From the NCBI GenBank assembly GCA_964016885.1, contig OZ024740.1:250046001-250110000 (forward strand): a stretch of DNA of 64,000 nucleotides. The letters are read 5' to 3'. Within the stretch, counting starts at the first letter, position 1. Each line of letters begins with the position of its first letter. Source of the DNA: Eledone cirrhosa. Taxonomy: Eukaryota. The translations under genes were made by a program, and so were the position numbers. The notes under the pieces are model-generated. The model saw only the letters and a list, made by a program, of their open reading frames with translations. It ran no database searches and was not told the DNA's origin. Of this stretch, positions 12,349-23,974 are shown piece by piece.

Positions 12349-12807
12349 ATTGGTTGGTAATAATTAGTAGATAATTGGATAAAATGCCATTGTGGTGTTT
12401 GTTCTAGCTCTTTGCAGTCTGAGTTCAAATCCTGCTGAGGTCAATCTTGCCTTTCATCATTCCAAAGTCAATAAAGTGCCAGTTAAGTACTGGAGTTGAC
12501 TTTGCTCTTCCTCCAAATTCACTGGCTTTGTGCCTAAATTAGATATCAATATTTAGTAAAGGATTTAACTAAAACACAACCATGTTTTGCAGTCTGTTCT
12601 AACCCCGCCCCTCTTCATCACCACCGCCACTGCAAGTCTAATTTCCCCATCTACTTCAACAGTGTCTCATTAAGAATCTCTTAAGGATAATTATATTTGT
12701 TGCTATGGTGGTATATATACAGGAGATTAATAATAAAGAAGACAGAGAGAAAAATAAATCTTAGTAGCCATTTATAAAGTTAAATGCCATTTATCATTAC
12801 TACTAAT

Positions 12808-13149
12808 GGAGGCACATGGCTTAATGGTTAGAGCAATGGACTGGCAATCGAAAGGTTGTGAGTTCAATTCTCAGACCGGGTGATGTGTTGTTTCCTTGAG
12901 CAAGACACTTTATTTCACATTGCTCCAGTTTACTCAGCTGTAGAAATGAGATGATAGGGACTGGGATCCCTCTCATTCCACTGCAAAGTGGTCGTGGAGG
13001 TGCCACGGAGAAAAAGCACCCAGCACTCACTGTAAATGAGGTTGGTGTTAGGAAGGGCATCCAGCTGTAGAAATCAAGCCAGCATCAGTTCCCGTCCCAC
13101 CCTAGCAAGCAGGTAAAAGTGGACGTAAAATGAAATGATGATGATGATG
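12808..13149 (+). mobile_element. tRNA-derived SINE family B with RTE-derived tail
   Basis: tRNA-like head (tggcttaatggttag...gagttcaattc), (atg)n tail, flanking actactaa duplication; second copy at 47647. Confidence 0.88.
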
Positions 13150-13186
13150 ACTACTAACTTTATTATTATTGTTATTATTATTATAG

Positions 13187-13385
13187 AGGGCGGTGGATTG
13201 GCAGTATCGGTAGAGGGTCGGACGCCATGCTTTGAAGCATAGAGTTATCTCCCTGTATGATCTGAGTTCAAATCCCGCCGAGGTTAACTTTGCCTTTCAT
13301 CCTTACGGGGTCGATAAAATAAAGGACCAGTAATGCACTGGGTAATTGCTGGCCTTGTGCCAAAAGTAGAAACAATTATTATTAT
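13187..13385 (+). mobile_element. SINE family A
   Basis: agggcggtggattggcag...gagttcaaatcccgccgaggttaac...agtagaaacaattattatt, in an (att)n context. Confidence 0.9.
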
Positions 13386-13399
13386 TATTGCACATCGTC

Positions 13400-14080
13400 A
13401 CTGCGCTAACAAGCACAGCTCTGTGTGCCTTGGGTATGTGCAGTGTGGTTTTTGGTGGTTTTCTATTACACTGAGAGTACTCTTCGTAATATATTTGCAG
13501 TACCTAGTAGTGCTATTTTTGTATGCTGTTTGTAAGTCCTGGGATTTGGATTATGTATCAGTCTGTGTTTTTTTTTTATCATTCAGAGCACCTATTATTA
13601 TAAGTTTTGTTTCTCTAAATTTTTATATTTGGATAATTTCTCCATTTCCTCAATAGATATATTGTCGTCTTTGGGGATTGATACATCAATTAGAAGACAT
13701 CTTTTTTCTTTGTGGTCCTTGACTATAATATTTGATCGGTTGGCTTTGATCTCTCAATGTTTTGTCATTTTCTGACACCTTTTCTGACGTGTGTCTGAAC
13801 AATCTTTTTTCTGTTGGTATTTTGTAGTGATGGCATAACTTCCAGTGTCCCATCTCTATCAAGTCTGTGCATATATTGCCTTGTGACTAAGACTGGGTAA
13901 CACGAGATAATGGTTTCTGCATATTCTGCAGGTACTTACTGTGTTCTGCTTTCTTATGTACTTCTGGTGGTTTCTGGTGGGGAGGCTTTGATCTTGTGCT
14001 GCAATTAGAAATCCTTTTGTCTTGGCATTTAGTCCAGCGTTTTGTAGCCAGTTTTGCCTAAGGTGTCAGGTTGACACTTA
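13400..14080 (-). mobile_element. R4/Dong-like RLE LINE 3' fragment
   Basis: LLIDVSIP and ALLGTANILRRVLS C-terminal RLE motifs on the minus strand. Confidence 0.65.
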
Positions 14081-14329
14081 GCAAGATATGGAAAAGAAGC
14101 AGAATTCAAAGGAAGTCTCAGATAATAATAATAATAATAATAAAACTCACAAGTTTTATTATTGTTATTATTTGAAACTTCCTTTGAATTCTACTTCCTT
14201 CCCAAATCATGCCACTTGACACTTGAGGCAAAATTTGGTAATACACACATTTTACAATCAATTGCCATACGAATGATGCCACAAGGGAATAAACAACAGT
14301 AAATGTCTTTGCAAGGTTTTAAATTGATA

Positions 14330-15405
14330 ATGCTCTTCTCAAGACATGGACAGTGCCAATCAGCACTATTTTCTGTATCTCTTGGAAAGATTGCTTTCCA
14401 GGTATCTGGTACAAATATTTTTCAGTTCCCTTTTTATCTTTCCAAGTGCACCGACTATCATTGGTAATGTACAGGATTTAAGATGCCACATTTTCTCAAT
14501 TTCAATTGTCAGATTTTTATATTTACCAAGCTTTCAGAACTCTTTCAAAGAGATGTTGTGATCTGATAGAATGTTCATGTCAATTAAGAAACATGTTTTC
14601 TCTTTATGGTTCTTCACAATTATATCAGGTATAATTCTTCACAATTATATCAGGCTTTGATTGTTCTGTCAGTATTCACAGGGAAGTCCCGTAAAATTGT
14701 CACTTTCTTGCCTCCTGTAACTGCATCTGGGTAATGGTTGTACCATTTTTCCTCTGTTTTTATGCCATAAAACCTGCACATTATTCTGTGTAAATATTGC
14801 TCTCCTCTATCATGCCTTGTTTTATATTCACGGTGACCTAATACTTTGCAGCCTGAAACCAGGTGGTCAATGGTCTCAACATGCTCATTGCAGAATCAAC
14901 TCAGTGGGTCAATTCTATTTCTGATCACATTGGCTTGAAAGTTGTGCATTGAAAGACACTGGTCTAGTGCAGCAAAAATGAAGCCCTCACTCTCTGCTTT
15001 TAGCCCAGAACTCCACAGATGGGTGAGCGGTTGATCTACATCTGGTTCTTTGCCACAGATAAAATACTGCCCATGCAGTAGTTTTTGCTTTCATTTAATG
15101 TACAATCGCCAATGCCAACATTTTTGATGTTCTTTTCAGCTTTAATTACAGAATCGCCATCATTTTCAATGTATTCCCAATACTTTTGTAAACTTCCTAC
15201 TTTCCTTTGTGATTGAATGTAACTTCTTCTTTCTTTCATGAGCTGCAATCATTTCATCATCCAATCATCTGTAGGTTTAAGGTACTGATTGAGTCCAGTG
15301 ATTGATATTTTGCTTTGCAGCTCCAGCTGGATCATCCCTCTACTTCCGTTTTGACTAGGGAGATAGAAGCAATCCACATCTGCTTTTGGAAGATGTAGTT
15401 TATTA
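14330..15405 (-). mobile_element. R4/Dong-like RLE LINE fragment
   Basis: HLPKADVDCFYLP..GSRGMIQLE, GLKAESEGFIFAA, ETIDHLVSGC, PDII, VLIGTVHVLRRAL. Confidence 0.75.
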
Positions 15406-15425
15406 TCATTATCATTATTATTATT

Positions 15426-15820
15426 AGGGCGGTGGATTGGCAGTATCAGTAGTGAGTTGGACACCATGCTTTGAAGCATAGAGTTATGTCCCTTTATGAT
15501 CAGAGTTCAAATCCCGCCGAGGTTAACTTTGCCTTTCATCCTTACGGGGTCGATAAAATAAAGTACCAGTAATACACTGGGTAATTGCTGGCCTTGTGCC
15601 AAAAAGTAGAAACAATTATTATTATTAGAATCGGTGGATTGGCAGTATAGGTAGAGAGTCGGACACCATGCTTTGTAGCATATAGTTACGCCCCTTTATG
15701 ATCTGAGTTCAAATCCCGCCGAGGTTAACTTTGCCTTTCATTCTTACGGGGTCGATAAAATAAAGTACCAGTAATGAACTGGGTAATTGCTGGCCTTGTG
15801 CCAAAAGTAGAAACAATTAT
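15426..15820 (+). mobile_element. Two tandem SINE family A copies
   Basis: Copies at about 15426-15625 and 15627-15820, joined by (att)n. Confidence 0.9.
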
Positions 15821-16892
15821 TAGAATCCTATGCAATATCAAGGACTGATCTGAGGTCAATTAACACACTTTACTTAGCATCCAATTGCTAGAGAAACCTT
15901 ACAAAAAGAAAAAAATATTAATATTATTTTCAGGTCTTGTTTCTTTTGTAAATATTTATATATATATATATATATATATATCATCACCATTTAATATCTT
16001 GTTCATATGCTCCGTTTTTTTAATTTGGTTTTCTATGGCTGGAGGACCTTCCTAGTACCAAACACCTTACAGGGTGGACTGGATGCTTTTTGTCGTGGAA
16101 CTAGCATGACCATCATATAGGGTGGACTGGGTGTATTTTATCATGTAAAACAAAGAGCAACTATCAGACTATATGTTGCTTACATTGTCGGAGAGCAATT
16201 GATGTGTCATGAGGCTGACCTTGAAGTGAGTGAGTTGTGCTAAGCAGTATGTTTTGGAATGTGTCTAGCTCCTCATGAGTAAGACAGGAGAGATGCACTA
16301 GGGATTAGGCATGAGGATACACATCATCATCCTTAAACACCTATTTTCCATACCTGCCTGAGCCAGATGGGATGTCATGTTCTGAGACTATGCTAGACAT
16401 GAGGAGATGGCTGCAGGCTATATGTTGATTGCTGGGGACAGGGTGGGCATAGAGATATCCCACTGGGGGAGGAGGAAGTGATGAGTTATGGAGGTGAGTC
16501 TGAAGAAAGTGGCTGGTGTCTGACATATTGTGGAATGTGCCTGGCTTTTAAGGTTGGACAGGGAAGGTGAGTCACTATGTGAAGAGGCCATGGATTGGAT
16601 GGGTCACTGACAGTATGCATATATGAATGTCAGATAGAGGGCTTTGCAGTATTTGTTTCAGCTCTCTGCTCTGATCTCCTTTCAGATCAATAAAAAAAAT
16701 ACCAGTCTGGTACTGGGGTTGATTCTTCTTTTATATCACTTTCTCACTTCCATTCTCTCACTCTCTATATCCTTCTCTGGATATAGAAATGTAAATCTGA
16801 ATATTTAAATATTAATAATAATATTCGAATCGTTTGCAATTATGCTTAAGAGGCTGTTTGCATAATTGCAAACAAATTTACAGCCCTTGCCA

Positions 16893-17080
16893 TTCTGAGT
16901 TCAAATCCCGCCGAGGTTAACTTTGCCTTTCATCCTTACGGGGTCGATAAAATAAAGTACCAGTAATACACTGGGTAATTGCTGGCCTTGTGCCTAAAGT
17001 AGAAACAATTATTAATATTAAAAAATAAAGTACCAGTAATACACTGGGTAATTGCTGGCCTTGTGCCAACAATTATTAAT
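16893..17080 (+). mobile_element. 5'-truncated SINE family A with partial tandem duplication of its 3' end
   Basis: aaataaagtaccagtaatacactgggtaattgctggccttgtgcc occurs twice. Confidence 0.8.
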
Positions 17081-17149
17081 ATAAAAAAAACTCAGATTTA
17101 CATTTCTTGTATTCAGTCATGTAGAGCGATAAAACTATTTGTTATTCTT

Positions 17150-18625
17150 ATAAATTGCTATAAAGGTAATGGGGATGCTCGGGAGAGGAGCAATTATAGG
17201 GGCTTAAAACTGATGGATCAGGTTATGAAAGTGACAGAAAGAATGCTAACACTACTAATTAGAGAAAGGGTCAAATTAGATGAGATGCAGTTTGGTTTTG
17301 TACCTCGGAAAAGTACAACAGATGCCCTCTTCTTAGTGAGACAACTACTAGAGAGGTTTTTAGAGAAGAATAAGCCACTATACTTAGCTTTTGTTGACCT
17401 AGAGAAGGCCTTTGATAGGGTAGCCCAATCTGTCATCTGGTGGTCCCTAAGGAAACTAGGTGTAGAGGAATAGCTTGTGAGGACAGTGCAAGCTATCTAC
17501 AGAGGAGCTGTCAGCAAAGTGAAAGTAGGAAAGGAGTTTAGTGAGGAATTCCAAATACAAGTAAAAGTACATCAGGATTCGGTTCTCAGCCCGCTCTTGT
17601 TCATTATAGTTCTCCAAGCCATAACAGAGGAGTTTAAGACTGGCTGTCCATGGGAACTTCTCTATGCTGATGATCTGGTTCTTATAGCAGAATCAGTAGA
17701 GGAGCTAGAGAATAAATTCTGGCTATGGAAACAGCAGTTGGAATCAAGAGGACTGAGAGTGAACCTAGCTAAGACTAAAGTGTTGATACGTAGGAAAGAG
17801 GACAAAACTCTAATTCCATCAGGGAAATGGCCATGTTCGATATGTAGAAAAGGAGTTGGCATAAATTCTATAGAATGTACACAATGCAGATCTTGGGTAC
17901 ACAAGAGGTGTAATGGGATAGCAGGCAAATTAACAGATAGGGAAAACTATATATACAGTAGATGTTCAGGGAAATTTGATAGTAGAAGTGGCAGTGATAT
18001 ACACATTTTTCAAGTGCAGGTAGGATCTATAGCAGTGGTTCATAGCTTCCGATACCTAGGTGATCAGATTAGCAAGAGAGGAGGGTGCTCTGAGGCCATA
18101 GTATCTAGAATAAGGATGGGTTGGAAGAGGTTTAAGGAGCTGCTTCCTCTGTTGACAAAGAAGGGTTTCTCCCTATGAACAAAAGGCTGGTTATATGATG
18201 CCTGTGTGAGGAGCGTGATGCTGCATCATAGTGAAACATGGGCAGAAACTGCGGAGGATATACGATAGCTGGAAAGAAATGAAGCAAGCATGCTCCGATG
18301 GATGTGCAATGTCAATGTACGTGAACAACCAACGAGTTGAGAGAGAAACGGTGTATAAGAGGTGTGCGGGAGACAAGACTGCATTGGCATGGCTATGTGA
18401 TGCACATGGAGGATGATCGCTGGGTAAAGAAGTGCCAAGAAATCCCAGAGGAAAGAAGATGTAGTAGAGGAAACCATGAAAATCATGGGCAGAGGTAGTG
18501 AGAGCTGACCTCGGATCGCTGAAGCTCACAGAGGAGATGACGAATGGAGAGATGCTGTGCTGAAAATGACCCATCCCACTCTTGCAGGCAAGGAATAGTG
18601 GACGTGAAATGATGATGATGATGAT
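17150..18625 (+). mobile_element. RTE LINE, 5'-truncated (RT and Cys-rich domain)
   Basis: NYRGLKLM, QFGF, FVDLEKAFDRV, LLYADDLVL, CSICRK..CTQC..WVHKRC; stops at 17471 and 18176; (atg)n tail. Confidence 0.95.
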
Positions 18626-18796
18626 ATATATATATATGTATGTATAATATTATTTATTTATTTATACATGGAACAAAGGCGCTGCCCAAGATTTCAAGTC
18701 CCAAATTTGACCATTCCTCCAGAATACATATACATACATATGTATGTATGTATGTATCATCATCATCATTGTTTAACGTCTATCTTCCACGCTAGC

Positions 18797-19860
18797 ATGA
18801 GTTAGACAGATTTGTCCCACTTGAGGCAACAGGTGACCGTGTCTTGCTCATATAGAAATGTTTCTGGTTGGTTTTCTATGGCTGGATGCAGCAACCACAT
18901 TTACAGTGTGTGCTGAGTGCTTTTTACTGTGTTTCCTACACGACCACTTTACAGCATGGACTGGGTGCTTTTTGTCGTGACACCTACACTTTAGTGTTCT
19001 GTGGTACCAGTATAACTTTACAGAGAAAGGGTGGTGTGGGCGGAAGTGGAAGGATGGAGTGTTGGGGGGTATATTGGGTTAAGAGGTGCCTACTGACTGT
19101 AGGTTTAAGTTTGTATGTAAGGGAATGCAGGTATTTTTTATTACTGGATAAAACCAAAGATCTCATTCCAGTGATATTGTCTTAGTTAGGTGTAAGTGTG
19201 CAAGGTCAATTTTTATCACCTTGTCCCAGGTTTTTCTGGATCTACCAACTCTGTAGCTTCCATCAATTTTGATCGCCCTGTACTTTTTTATACAGCTGGT
19301 GTCCTTCATACGCATCACATAACCATACCAATGTAATCTCTCTAATAAACAGCATCTGATACTTCTTATTCCTAATTTCTCACTTAGTTTCTTAATGTTT
19401 TGCCGTTTGTGCATATTACTATTATACATCCATCAGAACATGCATGCTTCATTCCTTTCCAATCTGCACAGATCCTCTGCACACAATGCCCAGGTCTCCC
19501 TGCCATGTAACAAGCATCATACAATCTACCTTTCATTTTTAGAGAGAAACCTTTTGTGGCCAACAGCAGTATTAGCTCTCTGAACTTTTTCTATCCCATT
19601 CTTACCCTGGCTACTGTACTTTCAGAACACCCTCCTCCACTGCTTATTTTGTCACCCAGGTAATGGAAAGTGTCTAAAAGTGTCTACTATTTCTATAGAA
19701 ACATCTGGGCAGTTGAAGGAGCTAGTATCCAGCGGGCACTTGCTACTTACTGCACCTGCGTATCAGCCACATAAAAAACCTTCATTCTTAGATAACTTGC
19801 ATCTTTTATGTACCCATAGTTTGCATTGGGGACATAGAATGAAATTTCTACCTACGCCAG
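18797..19860 (-). mobile_element. RTE LINE 3' fragment (second lineage)
   Basis: RLHWYGYVMRMKD; (cat)n at the left end; similar to 59100-60068. Confidence 0.85.
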
Positions 19861-20282
19861 AGGAGTGTTGTAGTTTGCTTGAAGCATTCTTGAATAGGAA
19901 ATATAAATTTAAATAATTTTGAAAACCATACAATGCATTAGAAAATTAAAAGGGCCAAGATAACAATAGAATCTTATTCTAAATAAGATTCTATTGTTTT
20001 CTTCACACTTTTAATTTTCTAATGTATTGTATGGTTTTCAAAATTATTTAAATTTACATATATATAAAGTATACTTAGCTAGAAGGGAAGCGGAGAATAG
20101 AAAATTTAAGCATGTTTTGCAGCGTGAGGACCAGAAACAGGAGGTGTTCATGATTGCGAGGCAGTGTGTTAAAGAAAATTGTGATGTTGTTAGAAGTTTG
20201 TCCAGAAAGATAAACGTGAGCTTGCCCTCACAATATATATATATATATATAGAAGTAGTAACACAACAGTTAGTTCACCATA

Positions 20283-20323
20283 CCGAGAACAATTGTTTCA
20301 CCTTATGCAGATCTTCAGCTCAG
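20283..20323 (-). ncRNA. Hammerhead-like motif in left arm of foldback (sense to GLIS pre-mRNA)
   Basis: Minus strand reads ctgag-CTGAAGA-tctgcataaggt-GAAA-caattg-TT-ctcgg; one G-U pair in stem I. Confidence 0.45.
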
Positions 20324-20620
20324 ACAGGAAGAACAACCTTATGAACGCCCATGCACAGAAACGGTCACTTCACCCAAGCGATACAAACTCATGGGCAATA
20401 GGTGTAAGAGAGATAACTGCGAAAGTCTGGAATAAAAAGTTTGAGTTGATTAGAAAATTAGTATGTTGTTGTCGAACTTTTTGTTCTGGCCTTTCGCAGT
20501 TATCTCCCTTACACCTTTACACCTTTCGCCTGTAGTTTTGTATCGCATGTGTGAAGTGACCGTTTCTGCGCATGCGCGTCCATATGGTTGTTCTTCCTGT
20601 TCTGTATAACCATGACCAGT

Positions 20621-20661
20621 CCGAGCTGAAGATCTGCATAAGGTGAAACAATTGTTCTCGG
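20621..20661 (+). ncRNA. Hammerhead-like motif in right arm of foldback
   Basis: ccgag-CTGAAGA-tctgcataaggt-GAAA-caattg-TT-ctcgg: stem I and palindromic stem III present, stem II closing pair non-canonical. Confidence 0.5.
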
Positions 20662-20777
20662 TATGGTGAACAAACTGTTGTGTTACAACTTCTCTCTCTC
20701 TATATATATATATGACCAATACTGCCAAGACTGGAATTGAACCATCAGCACAGTTGAGGTATGTTATACATCAATTT

Positions 20778-20849
20778 ATATATTTTATCTGATGAGGACG
20801 TACTGAGGAAACAGCACAGTACCTCCGAAATATATATAATAAAATATAT
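20778..20849 (+). ncRNA. Minimal type-I hammerhead ribozyme (Penelope-type)
   Basis: Stem I atatattttat/ataaaatatat (11 bp), core CTGATGA 20789-20795, stem II GGA-c-GTACTG/CAGTAC-c-TCC, GAAA 20827-20830, palindromic TATATA, then UA; predicted cleavage after 20838. Confidence 0.8.
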
Positions 20850-21139
20850 TTGATTACATGAATGTCTATATTTATTAATATTTTGAATTAATATTATATA
20901 TATATATTTTCTTTTTTCAGTCTGGTCTACCTCTGGTGGTAGGGTCCGTACCGTAGATAGAACTCAATATAATCTTGTAAAATCCATAGAGAAGTTCTGT
21001 GTTTCGCTGAATTAATTCTTTAGATACAGAGTCAGATTTTAGGTATTAAATTAATAATAACAATTTTAAAAAGTTATAAAGTAACTTGACTTTGTTCTTT
21101 TTATTTTCATTGTTAATTTGATAACGCACACACACATAC

Positions 21140-21580
21140 ATCATCATCACCGTTTTATGTCCGTTCTTCCACGCTAGCATGGGTTAGACGGGTTGTCCTG
21201 TTGTGGGCAGTGTCCGGTCAGCTGACCATGCCTTGCTCATACGGGAACTGATTCTCGCTTGATTTCTACAGCTGGATGCCCTTCCTAACACCAACCTCAT
21301 TTACAGTGAGTGCTGGGTGATTTTTTCCGTGGTGCCTACACGTCCACTTTACAGTGTGGGCTGGGTGCTTTTTTACCGTGGCACCTCCACGACCACTTTG
21401 CAGTGGGAGAGTGTGGGGGCATATTGTCTATATGCTTCAGCTTCGGCTTGTACCCATGGTTTCCATCGACTTCTAGTGCTCTGCACCTTTTTATGCAGCT
21501 GTCATCCTTCATACGCATCACATGTCCATACCAACGCAACCGCTTCTCCTGCACACAGCATTTGATTCCTCTTATGCTCA
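21140..21580 (-). mobile_element. RTE LINE 3' fragment (second lineage)
   Basis: EKRLRWYGHVMRMKDDSC plus the 3' UTR repeat units and (cat)n tail. Confidence 0.85.
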
Positions 21581-21598
21581 TATATATATATATATATA

Positions 21599-23035
21599 TC
21601 TATACATATATATAAAACTGAAATTGTCTATGTGTGTGTGTGTCCTAATTTTTGCAAAGTCTATACAAATCCACATTTCTACTCCGATTGACTTCAAACT
21701 TGTGTTTATATATTCCTTGCAGTCTAAAGATATTAACTGCAGCTTTTATTTTTCAATTTTCTGTTAAAGGGGTGTTAGGCGTTGGTTAGCAATCTCTCTC
21801 TCTTTATTAGTCTGTCTTTTTAGATAGATACATAGCTATAACATCGCACCCTTATGATATCTCTCTGTATGTCTGGCTGTCTGCATTACGACATTATGAA
21901 AACATTGTTCTCATTGCTGACGTATTATTTTCGCTATTTTCCGTTCAATGCCAAAGTATTGTTCACGAACCAAAGTATTGTCTTCCTGTTTTCCTTCGGT
22001 TGCAACTTTTCGAAATAGTTACTTCTGCGTTCACAGATTGATTTTTTTAGTTTCAGAAGATCCCATTAAGGGTGAAAGCAGCGTTTCTTTGCTTAAACTT
22101 TAATCTGTTATTTTAATATATATATATATATATATAATTATATATTTGTGTACATAAATTTTTGCATACACAAAAACAAAATATAAACAAACGTATTTAT
22201 TTCACGAAAGCACAGACGGTTTATCGTCATTGTCACTGCCGATATGCCACCCAAAATGTCCCACTACGTTTGGCACAAGGCCAGCAATTACATAGTCAAC
22301 GGTTCGGAAATCACATGCATCACTGACGAGTTTACTCCTTATTTTACCAGTTAGTCTTAGTGTACTTCGTCCTGCTCTTAGGTCATGCCTCGAAGGAAAA
22401 GATACTCCATTGGCCGAAATACTGTGAAAGCGGCAAGAAAAAGAACAACGCAGGCAAACGAATCATCAGTGGAATCTGCTATTCGACGGTCGCAAGATGC
22501 TGAACGTAGCCATCAGAAGGGCACTTGAAACAGACAACCAACGAACCATTCGCCGAACCGTGTCAGCTTTGCAACATCTATCAACAAATCCCAGGGTCAG
22601 TGTTGCTGGTCTTCTTTTGGAAGAGTCATGTTTTTCACGGGCAACTATACGTTGGCTGCTCAAGAGTGGGAAGCAAGACAAATCTCTTTACATATGCCCG
22701 GCACAGAAGAACAAGGAACATTGTGTACAAGGAGGTGGTACAATGTTTAGGCAGAAGGGGCTAGACATGATTGGCCGAAGTAGGTCAAGACTGTGTTAGT
22801 AGTTTGACCAACGCCTGCTATCACACAACAGCAGCAAAAACAACAACAAAAAAGAGAGGGAACGCAATTACATCCTTTTGAAAAATCTTAATGGAAAATT
22901 ATTTGTCTAAGCACAAAATGTAGACACCATCCCCAGGCCGAGGTATTTCGTACTTCTCTGTACTGTTTCAGAAAGGAGGGATAAACATGCCAATCTATGT
23001 TTAGAAGCCCAAACAATGCCAGGCCATTCTGCTAG
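21599..23035 (+). mobile_element. Helitron deletion derivative retaining the Pif1-type helicase C-terminus
   Basis: A|TC 5' end and CTAG|T 3' end. 22562-22745 encodes frameshifted VSFATSINKSQGQ and HGQLYVGCSRVG..TRNIVYKEV. Last ~105 bp are shared with 52318-52425. Confidence 0.88.
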
Positions 23036-23076
23036 TATTATAATAGTATTTCGCTTCAAGCATAGCTTTATACAAA

Positions 23077-23559
23077 TATGTATAGAAATTTCATATTTCT
23101 AAAGAAACACGGTTTTAGGAAGCCGTAGCTATGCAAACACCAGGGCTAACACCCTCTGGTGGTGTCCAGCAGAAGCAAGGGGGACAACTGTCTATGCATT
23201 TCAGGCTTAACTGGCCTTCGTCAGGATGGTCTCTCCCACCGCTTGCGACTGCTAGACTTGAACAGTCGAGAATATATAGTTTTCTCGTCTGTGTAAATGA
23301 GGTGATTAATCTCATTTGCATATGAAGCTGCATAAGTTGGCTCAACTTATAATAGAATAGAAATAAGATTTCGCTTCAAGCATAGCTTTATACAAATACG
23401 TAACCGTCTATGCATTTCAGGCCAGTCAAGCCTGAAATGCATAGACAGTTGTCCCCCTTGCTTCTGCTGGACACCACCCGAGGGCGTTAGCCTCGGTGTT
23501 TGCATAGCTACGGCTTCCTAAAACCGTGTTCCTTTAGAAATACGAAATTTCTATACATA
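23077..23559. mobile_element. Foldback/MITE with about 130-bp TIRs
   Basis: 23077-23208 is the near-perfect reverse complement of 23428-23559. Confidence 0.88.
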
Positions 23560-23596
23560 CATATACATATATATAATTTAATATATATATAAATTA

Positions 23597-23712
23597 ATTG
23601 TTTCTACTTTAGGCACAAGGCCAGCAATTACCCAGTGCATTACTGGTACTTTATTTTATCGACCCCGTAAGGATGAAAGGCAAAGTCAACCTCGGCGGGA
23701 TTTGAACTCAGA
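23597..23712 (-). mobile_element. 5'-truncated SINE family A
   Basis: Matches the 3' half of family A. Confidence 0.85.
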
Positions 23713-23974
23713 TACTAATTTGCATATAGCATGACTAGGCTGTGTAACTACTAAAGAAACAATTGTAAATACCTGGAATAAATTACCTTTTTATGATGTT
23801 TACCTGTGTTATTAATCATTCTTTATCTACACTCCGGAATATAGAAGAATCGGAAACCAAGTTTCTTTAACTGTTCTTTTGTAACCCCTCACCGTACGTC
23901 GACTCTATCTAGTGTAGTAATTAACCATTACTGCATTCAGGATAATCCTAAGCATTTCTTGCATAACCTAATAT

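Larger units (their letters stand above)
20251..20693. mobile_element. Foldback element (long imperfect inverted repeats) between (TA)n tracts
   Basis: 20251-20430 is the reverse complement of about 20480-20693 (agaagtagtaacacaacag.../...ctgttgtgttacaacttct). Confidence 0.85.

Noticed and set aside
12808-12880. tRNA gene (also 47647-47720)
   Set aside because: A/B boxes are present but there is no proper acceptor stem, and the sequence continues into a SINE body with a LINE-derived tail.
22466-22681. piggyBac-like minus-strand ORF (VDRCCKADTVRR..RW)
   Set aside because: The opposite strand has much stronger Helitron helicase motifs, so this ORF is an antisense shadow.
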